The notes: generated by a model from the letters alone, not told the origin. 64,000 nt of DNA from Terriglobia bacterium (GCA_965262675.1 OZ253554.1:332747-396746), one strand, 5' to 3'. Numbered from the stretch's first letter, positions 20,171-30,446 are shown. Numbers and translations are program-made.

Positions 20171-20269
20171 AGCTATTTTCCCTCAAGGTCATACCTGTTC
20201 CAGTCGTGCTTCTCGGTTCCACCTACTCCCCGCATTCAATCTTGTTGCGCCAGAATCCGCGCCCGGTAC

Positions 20270-21699
20270 TCACTCGTCCATCTCGGGCATCAGTACAAAT
20301 TCGGGATAGGCCTCGATGCCCAATTCCCCCACGTCCTGACCCATGGCCTCGACATTCGGCGAAACGCGCGTTCCGAGCGTCTTGTCGATGAGCACCCACG
20401 TCAGCATCGTGGTCCCGAACACCGTGACCCCGATGGCCAGAATACCCGAAATCTGGACGAAAAGGTTGCCGCCGGCCACAATGCAAACCGCCAACGTTCC
20501 CCAGATACCGGAAAAAAGATGGGCCGGAATCGCGCCCACGACGTCATCGATTTTGAAGTACTCCAATACCTTCAGGCCGGCAACCGATATCCCGCCGCCG
20601 ACCGCGCCGATAACGATGGCCCAATAGTGTTCGACGATGTCGGGCCCGGCGGTAATCGCCACCAGGCCGGCAATGGCGCCGTTCAGGCCCGCAAGTAGAT
20701 CGACGCGCCCCAGAATGGGCCGCGACAAGGAAATGGCGGCCATGACTCCCGCGGCCGCGGCGAGATTGGTGTTAACCAGGATGTTGCTGATTGCCACCGC
20801 GTCGACGACGCCGCCCAGGGCAAGTTGCGATCCCCCGTTAAAACCGAACCAACCCATCCAGAGGATGAACACACCAAGGGTCACGGCGGGCACATTCGAC
20901 GGCGGGGTCGGCTTGACCGTTCCGTCTTGGCGGAACTTGCCCTTCCGCGCCCCAATGACGATCGCACCCGACAGCGCCGCCCAACCGCCGGTCGAGTGAA
21001 CGATGGTCGATCCGGCGAAGTCCTGAAAGCCCATTGCGTAAAGCCAGCCTTCACCCCATGTCCAGGCGCCGACGAGAGGATAAATAATTGCCGTCAGTAC
21101 GATGGTGAACACGAAGAAGGACCAGAGCTTTGCCCGTTCGGCCAGGGCGCCGGACACGATCGAGGCGGTCGTCGCGACGAAAACCATCTGGAAAAACCAG
21201 TCGGACATCTTGGCATGGCCGGTCTCGATCACCGCGGTGGCGGCTTGCTCTCCACCATCGAGGAGCGCAATCTCGTCACCCGATGTCCCGTACAGGAACG
21301 TCAACGACCCGAACCAGCCGCGGGGTCGACATCGACGTACATGATGTTGTAGCCGATCAGATAGAACGTCAGCCCGGCGATGGAATAGAGACCGATGTTC
21401 TTCAGACAGATCACCGACGCATTCTTGGTGCGCACGGAACCGGTCTCGAGCATGGTGAAACCCGCGGCCATCCACATCACCAGCGCGCCCCAAATGAGAA
21501 ACGAAAAGCTGTTCAGAACGAATTGCGTTTCTTCGTCGATGGCCGCTTGCACCTGCGGCGGGAAGAGCGCCAGGAAAACGATGGCCGCGACGCCACCGAA
21601 GGCCACCGCGCGGCGGTACCGGCCGCTGGAAGCAGAAAGAGCCGAAAGGGCATTTTGGATTCTTTTCATTTTGCCTTTTCTCCCCCTCCCAATCCGCAT
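20270..21699 (-). pseudogene. amt: Ammonium transporter (Amt family), interrupted by a frameshift near 21301..21345
   Basis: The N-terminal TM1-2 region (FLIWGALVMWMAAGFTMLETGSVRTKN...IGYNIMY) is in ORF 21301..21699. The rest (GWFGS..., FQMVFVATTASIVSGALAERAKLW, DFAGSTIVH, LWMGWFGFNGGS) is in a different frame in ORF 20270..21493. Confidence 0.85.
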
Positions 21700-22082
21700 C
21701 GACGCGTCGAAATTGCCGCTATCCCCGGACGATATCGGGGCAGTTTAGCAAGCTGAACCGGCATCCAACACACACATCCTGTCGGCCGCGCGATCAGTTC
21801 GCGAAACAACTCGTTCACACGGCGCCATCGGCTCGATTTCCGGGTTGAGTGGAGCCACTATAATCAAGCCGCTGAATTGTGTGCAAGGTTTTGTCGAGCC
21901 AGGATCGCCGACAGCAAACGTACACGAAAACCTTCGAGGGCAACCGTTTCAGAATGTGTGGCTGGTGTAGGGTCCGGTGGATAGCGAGTTTGACGTTTGG
22001 AGCGAAACCGGGCCGTCTTTCGGGGAGTTCACTACCCGACTTGGTTAGCGTACACGCCGGCAGTTACCTGAACTGTTCTATC

Positions 22083-22514
22083 CTACGGATCGACCGGCAA
22101 TTCCCCAGTGACCTGCACGACAACGCTACGATTCCGCGGACGGGTGTCGAAATCGACAAAAACCACCTGTTGCCATGTGCCCAGCATCAAGTGGCCCTCG
22201 GCGAACGGAATCGTCAGCGACGGTTTGAGCAAAGCCGCGCGAATATGACTCGACCCGTTGTCGTCGCCCCAGGTTTCATGATGATGGTAGTCGGGGCCCT
22301 CGGGGATCAGCCTGTCAAAAAACTCCCGCAAGTCACGAACGAGTCCCGGTTCGAACTCGACGGTTGTGATGCCCCCGGTGGATCCGGGGACGAACGCAAG
22401 CACCTGACCATGCTCCATGCCGCTGTCTGAAACCGCTCGCTGGAGGTTTGGCGTGATGTCGTGGATGTCGCAGTGACCCTCGGTAGTCAGTTCAATCGAT
22501 GTTGTTTGGATCAT
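22083..22514 (-). CDS. YjbQ/UPF0047 family protein (secondary thiamine-phosphate synthase-like)
   Basis: 143 aa from MIQTTSIELTTEGHCDIHDIT, with HIRAALL and VVFVDFD motifs. The upstream part of the 258-aa ORF looks non-coding. Confidence 0.75.
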   Translation of the reverse strand: MIQTTSIELTTEGHCDIHDITPNLQRAVSDSGMEHGQVLAFVPGSTGGITTVEFEPGLVRDLREFFDRLIPEGPDYHHHETWGDDNGSSHIRAALLKPSLTIPFAEGHLMLGTWQQVVFVDFDTRPRNRSVVVQVTGELPVDP

Positions 22515-22597
22515 ACTTCCGGGCAGCCGACCGGCACGCGACGTTCGGATTGAGTTGGAAGGGACCGTCACTCGCTGCCCCTTGGGTTGACCCTCTC

Positions 22598-23875
22598 CTA
22601 GTCCTCGATCTGTGCGCCTTCGCTCTCGATAAAGTCTTCCAGCCCGTCGGTGGAGCCGTTGACGCTTTCGAACATGGCTGTCAGCGCCGCCAGAACCTGC
22701 GGTTCCGGATGTTCCAGATATACCGCCCGGGCGAGAGCCGACAGCGTTCCCTCGAGATCCCGGTTCGCGTTGGATGCCAGGGCCAGATTGTAGTAGAGGA
22801 ACGGGTCGGTCGGCATTGCGCCCAGTGCCGCCCGGAATGCGTCGGCCGCGCCAGTCCATTCCTCGAGTTGAAAATGGATCATCCCGAGTGTCGTGTTGAC
22901 CTCGCTGAGAAGCCCCGCTTTTTCGTCGTCGTTGAACTGGTTTCCGTCCGGTCCGTCAAGAAACACTATCATCTGCTGCACCGCATCCGTGGCATATGCC
23001 TTTGCACTCTCGAGATCGGACCCGGGTTGTTCCGACATGATCAGCGCCGTGGCTCTGAGCACATCGAGGTCGTCCGGCGTCACCGCAAGAATCGCTTCGC
23101 CATATTCGACCAGCTTCTCCAGATCGCCCGCATCTTCGTAGCCGACCCGAAGAGTGTGAAGGACAAACAGATCGTCCGGGGTGATTTCCAGAATCTCCTC
23201 ACCGTACTCGACGACCTGGTCGAAGTTATCTTCTTCCTGGGTGCCCTCCAGCAAGGTGTGGAGCACAAACAAGCGGCCTTCCTGGCTCTGTTGAACAGCC
23301 TGTTGGTATTCCGGCGTGCCATCATCTCCGACCGCACGCAAGAGTTCCAGGGCTTCGGCCTGGGCATTGAGGGCCAATTCGCCATATTCATCGACGAGGT
23401 CGTTATCGCCTTCGGCTCTGTATGCGGCGACGATGGACTGGTAGAAGAGGGCCTCCCGATTTGCCAAGGTAAAGCGCACGGCTGGAAGTTCCTCGACACT
23501 GGACGGGTCGTCGATGAAATTGAGTTTGGAAGTCAGAAAATGATCCTGGGCTTCGATGGCCCTCAGGACAACGTCGAGGATGTTTTCCGCGTCATGTTGC
23601 AACTCACCGCGGGCCAGCCATTCCTGGTACAGAACAAGGTGCCTGTATTCGCTGTCGAAGTAATCGGCGAAGAAGTCGTTGGCGGCACGCAGGCGATTGA
23701 TCGCCGTCGAGGCGTTCTGAACCGTGAAGTAACTGTCCTGCTCCGCCTGCGACCGTGGCCTCGGCTGCACAGGAGCTTCGGGGCTGGGGCGAATCACTGC
23801 CTGCTGGGCGACTGCTATTTCCGACGCGGCGAGTCCTGTCAGCACCAGTACGAGCGCGGCCTGTCTGATCCTCAT
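22598..23875 (-). CDS. Secreted TPR-like repeat protein
   Basis: 425 aa. Signal peptide MRIRQAALVLVLTGLAASEIAVAQQ, acidic helical-repeat composition. Confidence 0.55.
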   Translation of the reverse strand: MRIRQAALVLVLTGLAASEIAVAQQAVIRPSPEAPVQPRPRSQAEQDSYFTVQNASTAINRLRAANDFFADYFDSEYRHLVLYQEWLARGELQHDAENILDVVLRAIEAQDHFLTSKLNFIDDPSSVEELPAVRFTLANREALFYQSIVAAYRAEGDNDLVDEYGELALNAQAEALELLRAVGDDGTPEYQQAVQQSQEGRLFVLHTLLEGTQEEDNFDQVVEYGEEILEITPDDLFVLHTLRVGYEDAGDLEKLVEYGEAILAVTPDDLDVLRATALIMSEQPGSDLESAKAYATDAVQQMIVFLDGPDGNQFNDDEKAGLLSEVNTTLGMIHFQLEEWTGAADAFRAALGAMPTDPFLYYNLALASNANRDLEGTLSALARAVYLEHPEPQVLAALTAMFESVNGSTDGLEDFIESEGAQIED

Positions 23876-23943
23876 TTCGGGTATCTCCTCAAGATTTCAG
23901 AATTGCAGTGTGAATGGTAGGAAAATACCGAACGTGCAGTCAA

Positions 23944-26079
23944 TCAATCTCGTCGGCGCGAAGCCAACAAGGCGCCGCGACATTGCCACCGGGGTGTGCG
24001 GTCCCCAGGCAATATGCAAGGCTCGGGGAAGCGCTCGGCGACGACGTGGAAATCGAGGCGTCCGATGACGCTCCCGTCCCCCGCCAACCGGCAGGACCAT
24101 TTTATTGTCCCGCCTCGGGACGCGGGATGAGGAAGATCGCGTAGGTTGGAAGGGGATCGGCGCGTCGCGGGGTTGCGGGAGACGCGTAAAGGGGGCCGCT
24201 TGCAGGCGTCGCATGGCGTCTTCGTGCCCGGCGGGCACAGGTGTCCAGCGGCGCGTCGCGCCCGATTCCGCAGGGATGTCGGGGGGGGGCAGGCTGTGGG
24301 GGCATTCAGGATGGCGTCGAGGGCATCCTGCGCGCGGGCGGCATAATGACGGTTGGCCTCGGGCAGGTAGCGGAAGCGCCCCTGGCAGCGCACGATGGCG
24401 ATGGCGGCGTTGGTGAGGCAGGCGAGATTGCGCGGCAAGTGGCGCACATAGGCCCGGCAACGGTCTTCATCGTAGGTGAAGTCGCGGACGTAGTGCAGAC
24501 GGTTTTCGATGTGCCAGTGATTCCGGACCAGGGCCAGGAGTTGCTCGGGACTGGCGCGCTCCGCATCCAGCGAGGTCAGGCAAAAGGTCACCTCGACGCT
24601 GCGCGCGCCGGTCTTGACGGTCTCGCGCTCCCGTTCGATGCGCATCGCCTGGCGGCGTCCATAGAGGTTGGCGTAACCGTCCCAGGGGGTGTCGGAGAGG
24701 TCGATGGCGGCGCAACGGCGGCGCTCGATGCGGCCATGGGCCTTCTCGAGGGTTTCGTGCGAGGGCGCGGCGCTCCAGTCGACCGACCGGAGGTCGTCAT
24801 GCATCGTGGGCTGGTTGTCCTTGATCGCGGTGACGACGTAGTCGGCGTGACACTGGTCGAGCAGGCAGCGGGCGGTGTCCTGTTGGGCATGCATCGCGTC
24901 GAGGGTGACGGTGCGTCCGGCGAGGTCGAGGCCGCCCGACAGGTCGCGCACGGCGGGGATTTCATTGGTCTTGTCGTCGATCTCTTTCTGACCCAGGACC
25001 AGGCCGGAGCCGTGCTCGACCGCCGCGACCATCATCCGGCGCCCGTGCCCGGTCTGCGCCGAGGCGCCGCGCAGGTCCTTCCCGTCCATGGCCACCGGGG
25101 CGTGAGCGGCGCTGTACTGGCCGGCCCACCGGCCGATGGCGTTGTCGAGGGTCTCGGGCGGAAGCGCCGCGAGGATGTTGTGGAAGGTGGTGATCGAGGG
25201 CGCGGTGTAGCGCTGCTTCGAGGGGCTGTAGAAGGCGCCCACGGCCTGGAGTTGCTCCTGGCTGAGCAGGCGGGCGAACTGCGCAAAGGCGGTCACCCCG
25301 CGGTAGCCGGCCAGGCGGGCCGCGACGGCGAGCGTCAGCACGGTGTGGAGCGGGTAGCGCTTGCCCCGGGCGCGGCGCCGCTCGGGCACTTCGCCCAGGC
25401 GCTCGAACAGGCTGCGCAGACGCGGCGCGGCCATGGGCGCGGTTCGGGGTTCACCGTGCCACGAGGCCGGCGTCTCGGTCTGGCTCAGCGCCTCGGCGGC
25501 ATGGCCGGTGAGTTCGAACACGAAGATCTCCTTGGGTTGGCCGTGATGGCGCCAGCGCGCCGCGCCGCCGGGCTCCCGGGCATAGCCGCGGGTCCGGCCC
25601 AGCCAGCGCCAGTTCGACGCGCGGTAGCAGGTCCCGGCAAAGCGGGCCGGATCCACGAACGTCTCTGCCAGCAAGACGGGGTAGCCGTGCGCCGCCTGCA
25701 TGTCCTGCGACAGCCGCCGCAGGCTCAGACCCAGCGCCCGCGAGGCCAGATTGGGCACCGTGCGCGGCGTCAGGATGACGAAGCGCGCGTTGTTGGCGAT
25801 CAGATGCAAGCGCTGGAACTGCTGCTCCGCGCTCCAGCCGATCCAGCGGTCGCGCGCGGCCAGCTTGAACGCGCCCGGCTGCCAGCCGATCAGCGCAAGC
25901 CAGGTCGAGCCCAGCGTCGCGACGTGGCGCAAGCCCTTCCCGAACACGCCATGAAACGGCAGGTAGTGATGGGCCGCCACCAGCCTGTCCCAGCGCCGGT
26001 GTTCCTCCGCGCCCCAGGTCGGACGCACCGCCACTGCCCGCAGATCAATATCGCAACCCTGTGCCGGTGGCCCTCCCAT
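23944..26079 (-). CDS. ISAs1-family DDE transposase with N-terminal DUF4338 (DruA-like) domain
   Basis: 711 aa. The N-terminal ~200 aa (WDRLVAAHHYL..., LIGWQPGAFKLAARDRWIGW, LIANNARFVIL, YRASNW) resemble DUF4338. The remainder has the H-repeat/ISAs1 transposase signature (GKRYPLHTVLTLAVAARLAG, MDGKDLRGA, LDAMHAQ, RNHWHIENRLHYVRDFTYDEDR). The ORF has no stop inside the IS and runs 148 nt into flanking DNA. Confidence 0.8.
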   Translation of the reverse strand: MGGPPAQGCDIDLRAVAVRPTWGAEEHRRWDRLVAAHHYLPFHGVFGKGLRHVATLGSTWLALIGWQPGAFKLAARDRWIGWSAEQQFQRLHLIANNARFVILTPRTVPNLASRALGLSLRRLSQDMQAAHGYPVLLAETFVDPARFAGTCYRASNWRWLGRTRGYAREPGGAARWRHHGQPKEIFVFELTGHAAEALSQTETPASWHGEPRTAPMAAPRLRSLFERLGEVPERRRARGKRYPLHTVLTLAVAARLAGYRGVTAFAQFARLLSQEQLQAVGAFYSPSKQRYTAPSITTFHNILAALPPETLDNAIGRWAGQYSAAHAPVAMDGKDLRGASAQTGHGRRMMVAAVEHGSGLVLGQKEIDDKTNEIPAVRDLSGGLDLAGRTVTLDAMHAQQDTARCLLDQCHADYVVTAIKDNQPTMHDDLRSVDWSAAPSHETLEKAHGRIERRRCAAIDLSDTPWDGYANLYGRRQAMRIERERETVKTGARSVEVTFCLTSLDAERASPEQLLALVRNHWHIENRLHYVRDFTYDEDRCRAYVRHLPRNLACLTNAAIAIVRCQGRFRYLPEANRHYAARAQDALDAILNAPTACPPPTSLRNRARRAAGHLCPPGTKTPCDACKRPPLRVSRNPATRRSPSNLRDLPHPASRGGTIKWSCRLAGDGSVIGRLDFHVVAERFPEPCILPGDRTPRWQCRGALLASRRRD

Positions 26080-26172
26080 GACGGATACTCTGCCACATCG
26101 AAAACAAAATAGCCAGCTCCGGATTCAACCAGGGCTGCCGAAAACCGCCGAACGAACAATAAAATGGCCCTG
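24092..26172 (-). mobile_element. ISAs1-family insertion sequence (2,081 bp) with 17-bp TIRs and a 10-bp target site duplication
   Basis: Left end caggaccattttattgt (24092..24108). Right end rc cagggccattttattgt (26156..26172), matching 16/17. Identical cgccaaccgg flanks at 24082..24091 and 26173..26182. Encodes an ISAs1-type transposase. Confidence 0.85.
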
Positions 26173-26250
26173 CGCCAACCGGCAGCCCGGTTGAAAATGC
26201 CCGCCAATTGTGGGACATTAGAGAGTCAGCAGGCAGGTCCCCACTAACCT

Positions 26251-26529
26251 ATGGCACTCCGAAACGAATTCGTTGAATACATGACCGAGAAAGTCATCGA
26301 AGAACTCATTGAGCGAGAGTTCATCGAACTCCCCGAGGACTTCTCGATCAAGGAGACCATTTATGCGGCGGTCAGCGACGAGGTCACCGTCGAAGATCGA
26401 CTCAACCAGGAAGTCCGGCAATTGCTGAACGAGTATGGAAATCAGATGAATGACATCGGGGCGTCCTACCAGGAAACGTTCAAGCTGATTAAACGAAAGC
26501 TCGTTCGGGAACGTAAGTTGGTCATATGA
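26251..26529 (+). CDS. DUF507 family protein
   Basis: 92 aa. Paralogous to and overlapping the next ORF. Acidic N-terminus and LVRE-type C-terminus as in DUF507 pairs. Confidence 0.6.
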   Translation: MALRNEFVEYMTEKVIEELIEREFIELPEDFSIKETIYAAVSDEVTVEDRLNQEVRQLLNEYGNQMNDIGASYQETFKLIKRKLVRERKLVI

Positions 26530-26840
26530 GACTGTCCAGGGAGAAGATCAACATCCTGTCGCACCGGGTGGCCGACACGCTTGCCGAAATCGACGAGGTG
26601 ACGTTCAGGGAAGACCGCAATACGATCCGGCTGCAGGTCTTGCAGATAATCAACAAGTGGCTCGGCAAGGAAGCCGAGATGGACCGCGCCGCCCGTCACA
26701 AGATCGAATCGCAGGCCAAACCCATTCCCGAGGGCAGTCAGGAATGGGACATCCTTTACAAGAAGTATTACGAAGAAGAATTGCAACGACTCACGGGCCG
26801 CTCGATGGCGGGCCCACGTGAAACCCATCGGCACTTCTGA
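26526..26840 (+). CDS. DUF507 family protein
   Basis: 104 aa starting MRLSREKINILSHRVADTL..., typical of DUF507. Confidence 0.65.
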   Translation: MRLSREKINILSHRVADTLAEIDEVTFREDRNTIRLQVLQIINKWLGKEAEMDRAARHKIESQAKPIPEGSQEWDILYKKYYEEELQRLTGRSMAGPRETHRHF

Positions 26841-26863
26841 TCCGCTTCCCTTCCACTTTTCCG

Positions 26864-28114
26864 TTAACGGGCACCCATTTCGCTTGCCAATATCACGGCT
26901 TCAGCGATTTCTTTCATCGTTCGGCGGGTCTTCATGCTCTGCTGGCGCAACCGCTTGTATGCTTCGGCCTCATCGAGGTTGAACTGCTGCTGTAGCACGC
27001 TCTTGGCCCGATCCACGAACTTGCGCGCTTCCAGAGCCTGTTCCCGGGCTTCCACTTCGGTCGCAAGGTTGGTGTTCTCGATCGCCAATGCGGCCTGATC
27101 GCAAACCGTGGTCAGGACCCGCATGTCGTCTTCGGAAAACACCCGCTCTTCGTCCGAGTAGACGTTGATGACCCCAATGACCTTTTCCCTGGCAATCATC
27201 GGCAGCGAGACCAGTGCCCGGACACCTTCCCGTTTTGCCAACTCGGGGTAACGGTAGCCTTCCTCCCGAGTCACGTCCTTCACCCTGAGAGGCTTGGCCT
27301 GCTTGACCACTTTCGAGACCAGGCTCCTGCCGATCTTCAGATTGGGCCGCTTCCAGTATTCCGGGCTCGAGCACTTGGCGGCCTTCAACACCAGTTCGTT
27401 CTTTTTCTGATCGACGAGCATGATCGAACAGACCTTTGCGGACATCGTCTGGCCGATCATGTTGACGATCAACTGGAGCATTTCGTCGAGATAACGTCCT
27501 GAAGCCGTGATCTGTCCGATCTCGGCGACAGTCGAAAGCTGTTGGGTCCGCCTGTTCGCTTCATCGTAGAGTTGCGCGTTGCGGATGGCCCCGCCCACCT
27601 GGTGCCCGATAATGGACATCATCGTCAATTCGCGTTCGGTGTGCCGGTGACCCTTGCGATGCTGAACGTTGATCACGCCAACCACCCGTTCCGGCGAAAC
27701 CACGATCGGTACCGACAAGAAGGCTTCGTACTTGTCTTCCGGAAGATTGTTGAACAACTTGAACCGTTCGTCCCGGCCCGCGTTCCGGGATATCGCCACT
27801 GTCTCGGCGTTCTCCGCCACCCAACCGGTAATGCCTTCGCCGACCTTCACAGCGATTCGTCCAATGAGTCGGGGATGCGGATTCTTCGACGCGCGCAGAA
27901 ACAGGTACTTTTCCGACTCGTCTTCGTCCTGAAGGTAGAGTAAGCAGGAATCGCACTGGGTCACGTCGACCACCAGTTCGACGATCTCCTTGAGCACCTG
28001 ATCCAGGTCGAGCGTACAACTGATGGACTGACTGATCTGTTGCAGGATCTTGAGTTCCTGGCCGATCAGGTCCAGTGTCTTCGGAACGTCGGTCGAAGAG
28101 TTTGTGCGCGGCAT
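26864..28114 (-). CDS. GAF-GAF-ANTAR RNA-binding antiterminator-type regulator
   Basis: 416 aa from MPRTNSS. Two GAF domains, then a C-terminal ANTAR domain (ALEARKFVDRAKSVLQQQFNLDEAEAYKRLRQQSMKTRRTMKEIAEAV). The ORF-track start at 28321 overlaps a MITE and is rejected. Confidence 0.8.
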   Translation of the reverse strand: MPRTNSSTDVPKTLDLIGQELKILQQISQSISCTLDLDQVLKEIVELVVDVTQCDSCLLYLQDEDESEKYLFLRASKNPHPRLIGRIAVKVGEGITGWVAENAETVAISRNAGRDERFKLFNNLPEDKYEAFLSVPIVVSPERVVGVINVQHRKGHRHTERELTMMSIIGHQVGGAIRNAQLYDEANRRTQQLSTVAEIGQITASGRYLDEMLQLIVNMIGQTMSAKVCSIMLVDQKKNELVLKAAKCSSPEYWKRPNLKIGRSLVSKVVKQAKPLRVKDVTREEGYRYPELAKREGVRALVSLPMIAREKVIGVINVYSDEERVFSEDDMRVLTTVCDQAALAIENTNLATEVEAREQALEARKFVDRAKSVLQQQFNLDEAEAYKRLRQQSMKTRRTMKEIAEAVILASEMGAR

Positions 28115-28314
28115 AGACGATCGCCTCGAAGAATTGCACGTTTCGAGGAGAGGCGCAAGCCGCCGCAGCGAGGGATTCCGGGAAAGAGGCCTCTTCGAGG
28201 AGAACACCGCCGTGATCCGTCCCGTCCGGTTCATGGCGAGGGAAACTGCTCGGCCGCGCCCTGGCCGGCGTCGAGGAACCGCGCGCTCCACTCTGCGCCT
28301 TTCAACCGTCCTAA

Positions 28315-28488
28315 CCCGCATTTCTCATGAGTTGTCTGCTGCAGCGCCGGATCCATCCGCGAGGAACGCGCCCTGACGCGCTTGATCCGGCGCGACGAAC
28401 GCGCCGCTACGCGCCCGGCGCGGGGAACGCGCCGTAGCTCTGACGGCGTCTCCGACCCTTCGCGACGAAAACCCGTGAGAAAGGCGGG
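28315..28488 (+). mobile_element. MITE-like element, family A, copy 2 (174 bp)
   Basis: Same termini as copy 1. Perfect 4-bp duplication ctaa at 28311..28314 and 28489..28492. The interior holds three ggcgcgNggaacgcgcc-type GC hairpins. Confidence 0.8.
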
Positions 28489-28534
28489 CTAAGCCTCGTG
28501 TCGGGTTATCCTGTCGGTATGAGGGTATCCGCAC

Positions 28535-29242
28535 ATGCGTAGGGATTCCGCTATTGCCGCGTCAGCGCTTCTGCTTGTTGTGGCCTGGGCGGGCTGGTCG
28601 TACTGGACCGATGGCCTGATCGGCATTCTCTTGGGCACCGGACTGAGTTCGGCTCAGAAAATCGAAGCGATGCGCGCTTTTTTTGACGGTTGGGGCCCCT
28701 TCGCCCCGGTCATGTACGTCCTCATCGTCGTCGTCGAGGCCGTTGTCGCGCCGATCCCAGGTGCGATTCTCTACCTGCCTGGCGGAATGATCTTCGGGGG
28801 GTTCTGGGGCGGCACACTCTCGCTGATCGGCAACATTGTCGGCGCCGGAACGTGTTGCTTCCTGGCGCGCACCATTCTGGGGAGAACCTGGAGCAAGGAA
28901 TTCTTCAGTGAAGGAAAGCTTCGGAACGCGCAAGATTTCATCCTGAAGCACGGCATCCTGAGCATTGCCCTGCTTCGAGTGAATCCCCTGACATCCTCGG
29001 ACATCGTGTCCTACGCCGCCGGCCTGACTCCTCTCTCGACCGCCACAGTGATGATCGGTTCGGGAATCGGCATGCTCCCGCTCTGCTACGCCCAGGCCTA
29101 TCTGTCGATGGGGCTCTTCACGATGTTTCCCTGGCTGATCTGGCCGCTCGCCGTCGGTTGCGCCGCCTATGTCATCGTGGGGGCCGTGGCCATCTGGAAA
29201 CTCCGGCTCCCCCGCACCGGCACCGAAGAAATCCCGGGTTAG
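28535..29242 (+). CDS. TVP38/TMEM64 (DedA-related, SNARE-associated) family membrane protein
   Basis: 235-aa polytopic membrane protein. LPGGMIFG and RVNPLTSSDIVSYAAGLT motifs. Confidence 0.7.
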   Translation: MRRDSAIAASALLLVVAWAGWSYWTDGLIGILLGTGLSSAQKIEAMRAFFDGWGPFAPVMYVLIVVVEAVVAPIPGAILYLPGGMIFGGFWGGTLSLIGNIVGAGTCCFLARTILGRTWSKEFFSEGKLRNAQDFILKHGILSIALLRVNPLTSSDIVSYAAGLTPLSTATVMIGSGIGMLPLCYAQAYLSMGLFTMFPWLIWPLAVGCAAYVIVGAVAIWKLRLPRTGTEEIPG

Positions 29243-30381
29243 ACGGGGCACAACGCCTGACCGATATCGTCGATCAGATCGTCGGCGTGTTCGATTCCGA
29301 CGGAGAGCCGAATCAGGTCATCGGGCGTCGTGGATGCCGGACCTTCGCTGGTGGCCCGATGTTCAATGAGACTCTCCACGCCTCCAAGCGATGTCGCGCG
29401 CACGAAGAGTTCGGCGCGCCCGACCGTCGCCAGAGCGGCATCCTGTCCTCCTCGCACACGGAACGAAACGATGGCGCCGAACCCGGACATCTGCCGTGCG
29501 GCAACGTCGTGACCGGGATGAGCTTCAAGGCCCGGATAGTAGACCTCGGACACGTTGGGATGCCTGGAAAGCATTTCCGCCAGCCTGGCGGCATTCGCGG
29601 TCTGAACGGCGATCCGGCATGCAAGCGTTCTCAGGCCACGCAGGATCAGCCAGGAATTGAACGGAGACAACGCCGCTCCCAACTCGATCAGCGTGCGTTG
29701 CACCGTCTCGTAAAACGCGTCGTCGGTCCGCAGGGCAAGGCACCCCCCCAACACGTCGCTATGGCCGCCAAAGTACTTGGACGCGGAGTGCAGAACGATG
29801 TCCGCGCCGTGTTCGATCGGCCGCTGCAGAACCGGAGTGGCGAAGGTGTTGTCCACCAGCAGTCGAGCGCCGGCCGAGTGAGCCAGATCGGCGGTCCTCC
29901 GAATGTCCGTGATACGCATGGTTGGATTCGACGGCGTTTCGGCCCAGACAAGGGCGGTATTCGGACGAATCCGCGTGCCAAGCTCTTCGGAATCACTGAC
30001 ATCCACCCGTTCGATGTCGATGCCCCATCTGGCGCCGTACTCCGATGCCGCGACGCCTACCCCGAAATAGCAGTCTTTGGCCATCAGCACATGATCTCCG
30101 GGCGAAAGCGACTGCATGACGGCTGAAGCGGCGGCCATTCCCGATGCGAACGCCAAGGCCGCACGAGCCCCTTCGAGGTCGGCCACGGCCTGCTGCAGAT
30201 GCTCCTGGTTCGGGTTGGAATACCGCGTGTAGAAGTAGTTACCGATGAGTTCGCTCCCGGCATCCCGGCCAAAGGTGGTCGACATACTGATCGGCGGCGA
30301 AACCTCACCCGTACGCGAATCGATGGGCGGGCCGCAGCGGACTGCGCGAGTTTCGAGTTTCCTGGGTTTGGTGAATTTCAT
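29239..30381 (-). CDS. PLP-dependent transsulfuration enzyme (cystathionine gamma-synthase / beta-lyase family)
   Basis: 380 aa. SASKYFGGHSD contains the PLP lysine. Cys/Met-metabolism PLP family layout. Confidence 0.85.
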   Translation of the reverse strand: MKFTKPRKLETRAVRCGPPIDSRTGEVSPPISMSTTFGRDAGSELIGNYFYTRYSNPNQEHLQQAVADLEGARAALAFASGMAAASAVMQSLSPGDHVLMAKDCYFGVGVAASEYGARWGIDIERVDVSDSEELGTRIRPNTALVWAETPSNPTMRITDIRRTADLAHSAGARLLVDNTFATPVLQRPIEHGADIVLHSASKYFGGHSDVLGGCLALRTDDAFYETVQRTLIELGAALSPFNSWLILRGLRTLACRIAVQTANAARLAEMLSRHPNVSEVYYPGLEAHPGHDVAARQMSGFGAIVSFRVRGGQDAALATVGRAELFVRATSLGGVESLIEHRATSEGPASTTPDDLIRLSVGIEHADDLIDDIGQALCPV

Positions 30382-30446
30382 GCGTGGACCTCGTTCAACC
30401 TCACTCTAACCGCCGAATCTCGTCAGTGCAAAGGGCGGGCACTATA

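Noticed and set aside
21700-22082. Possible small RNA (SRP, 6S, tmRNA or RNase P) or nitrogen-related leader in the 380-bp gap upstream of amt, with a TATAAT at ~21866
   Set aside because: None of the conserved cores I can recall (GAGGAAAGTCC, the SRP GGAA tetraloop region, tmRNA ends) is present. The evidence is insufficient.
24241-26112. 623-aa plus-strand ORF, and similar long ORFs: 19277..20698, 22499..23920, 47418..48494, 49337..50539, 14821..15822, 11187..12053
   Set aside because: They are antisense to genes with strong family signatures. They have Arg/Gly/Pro-rich low-complexity composition typical of spurious open frames in high-GC DNA.
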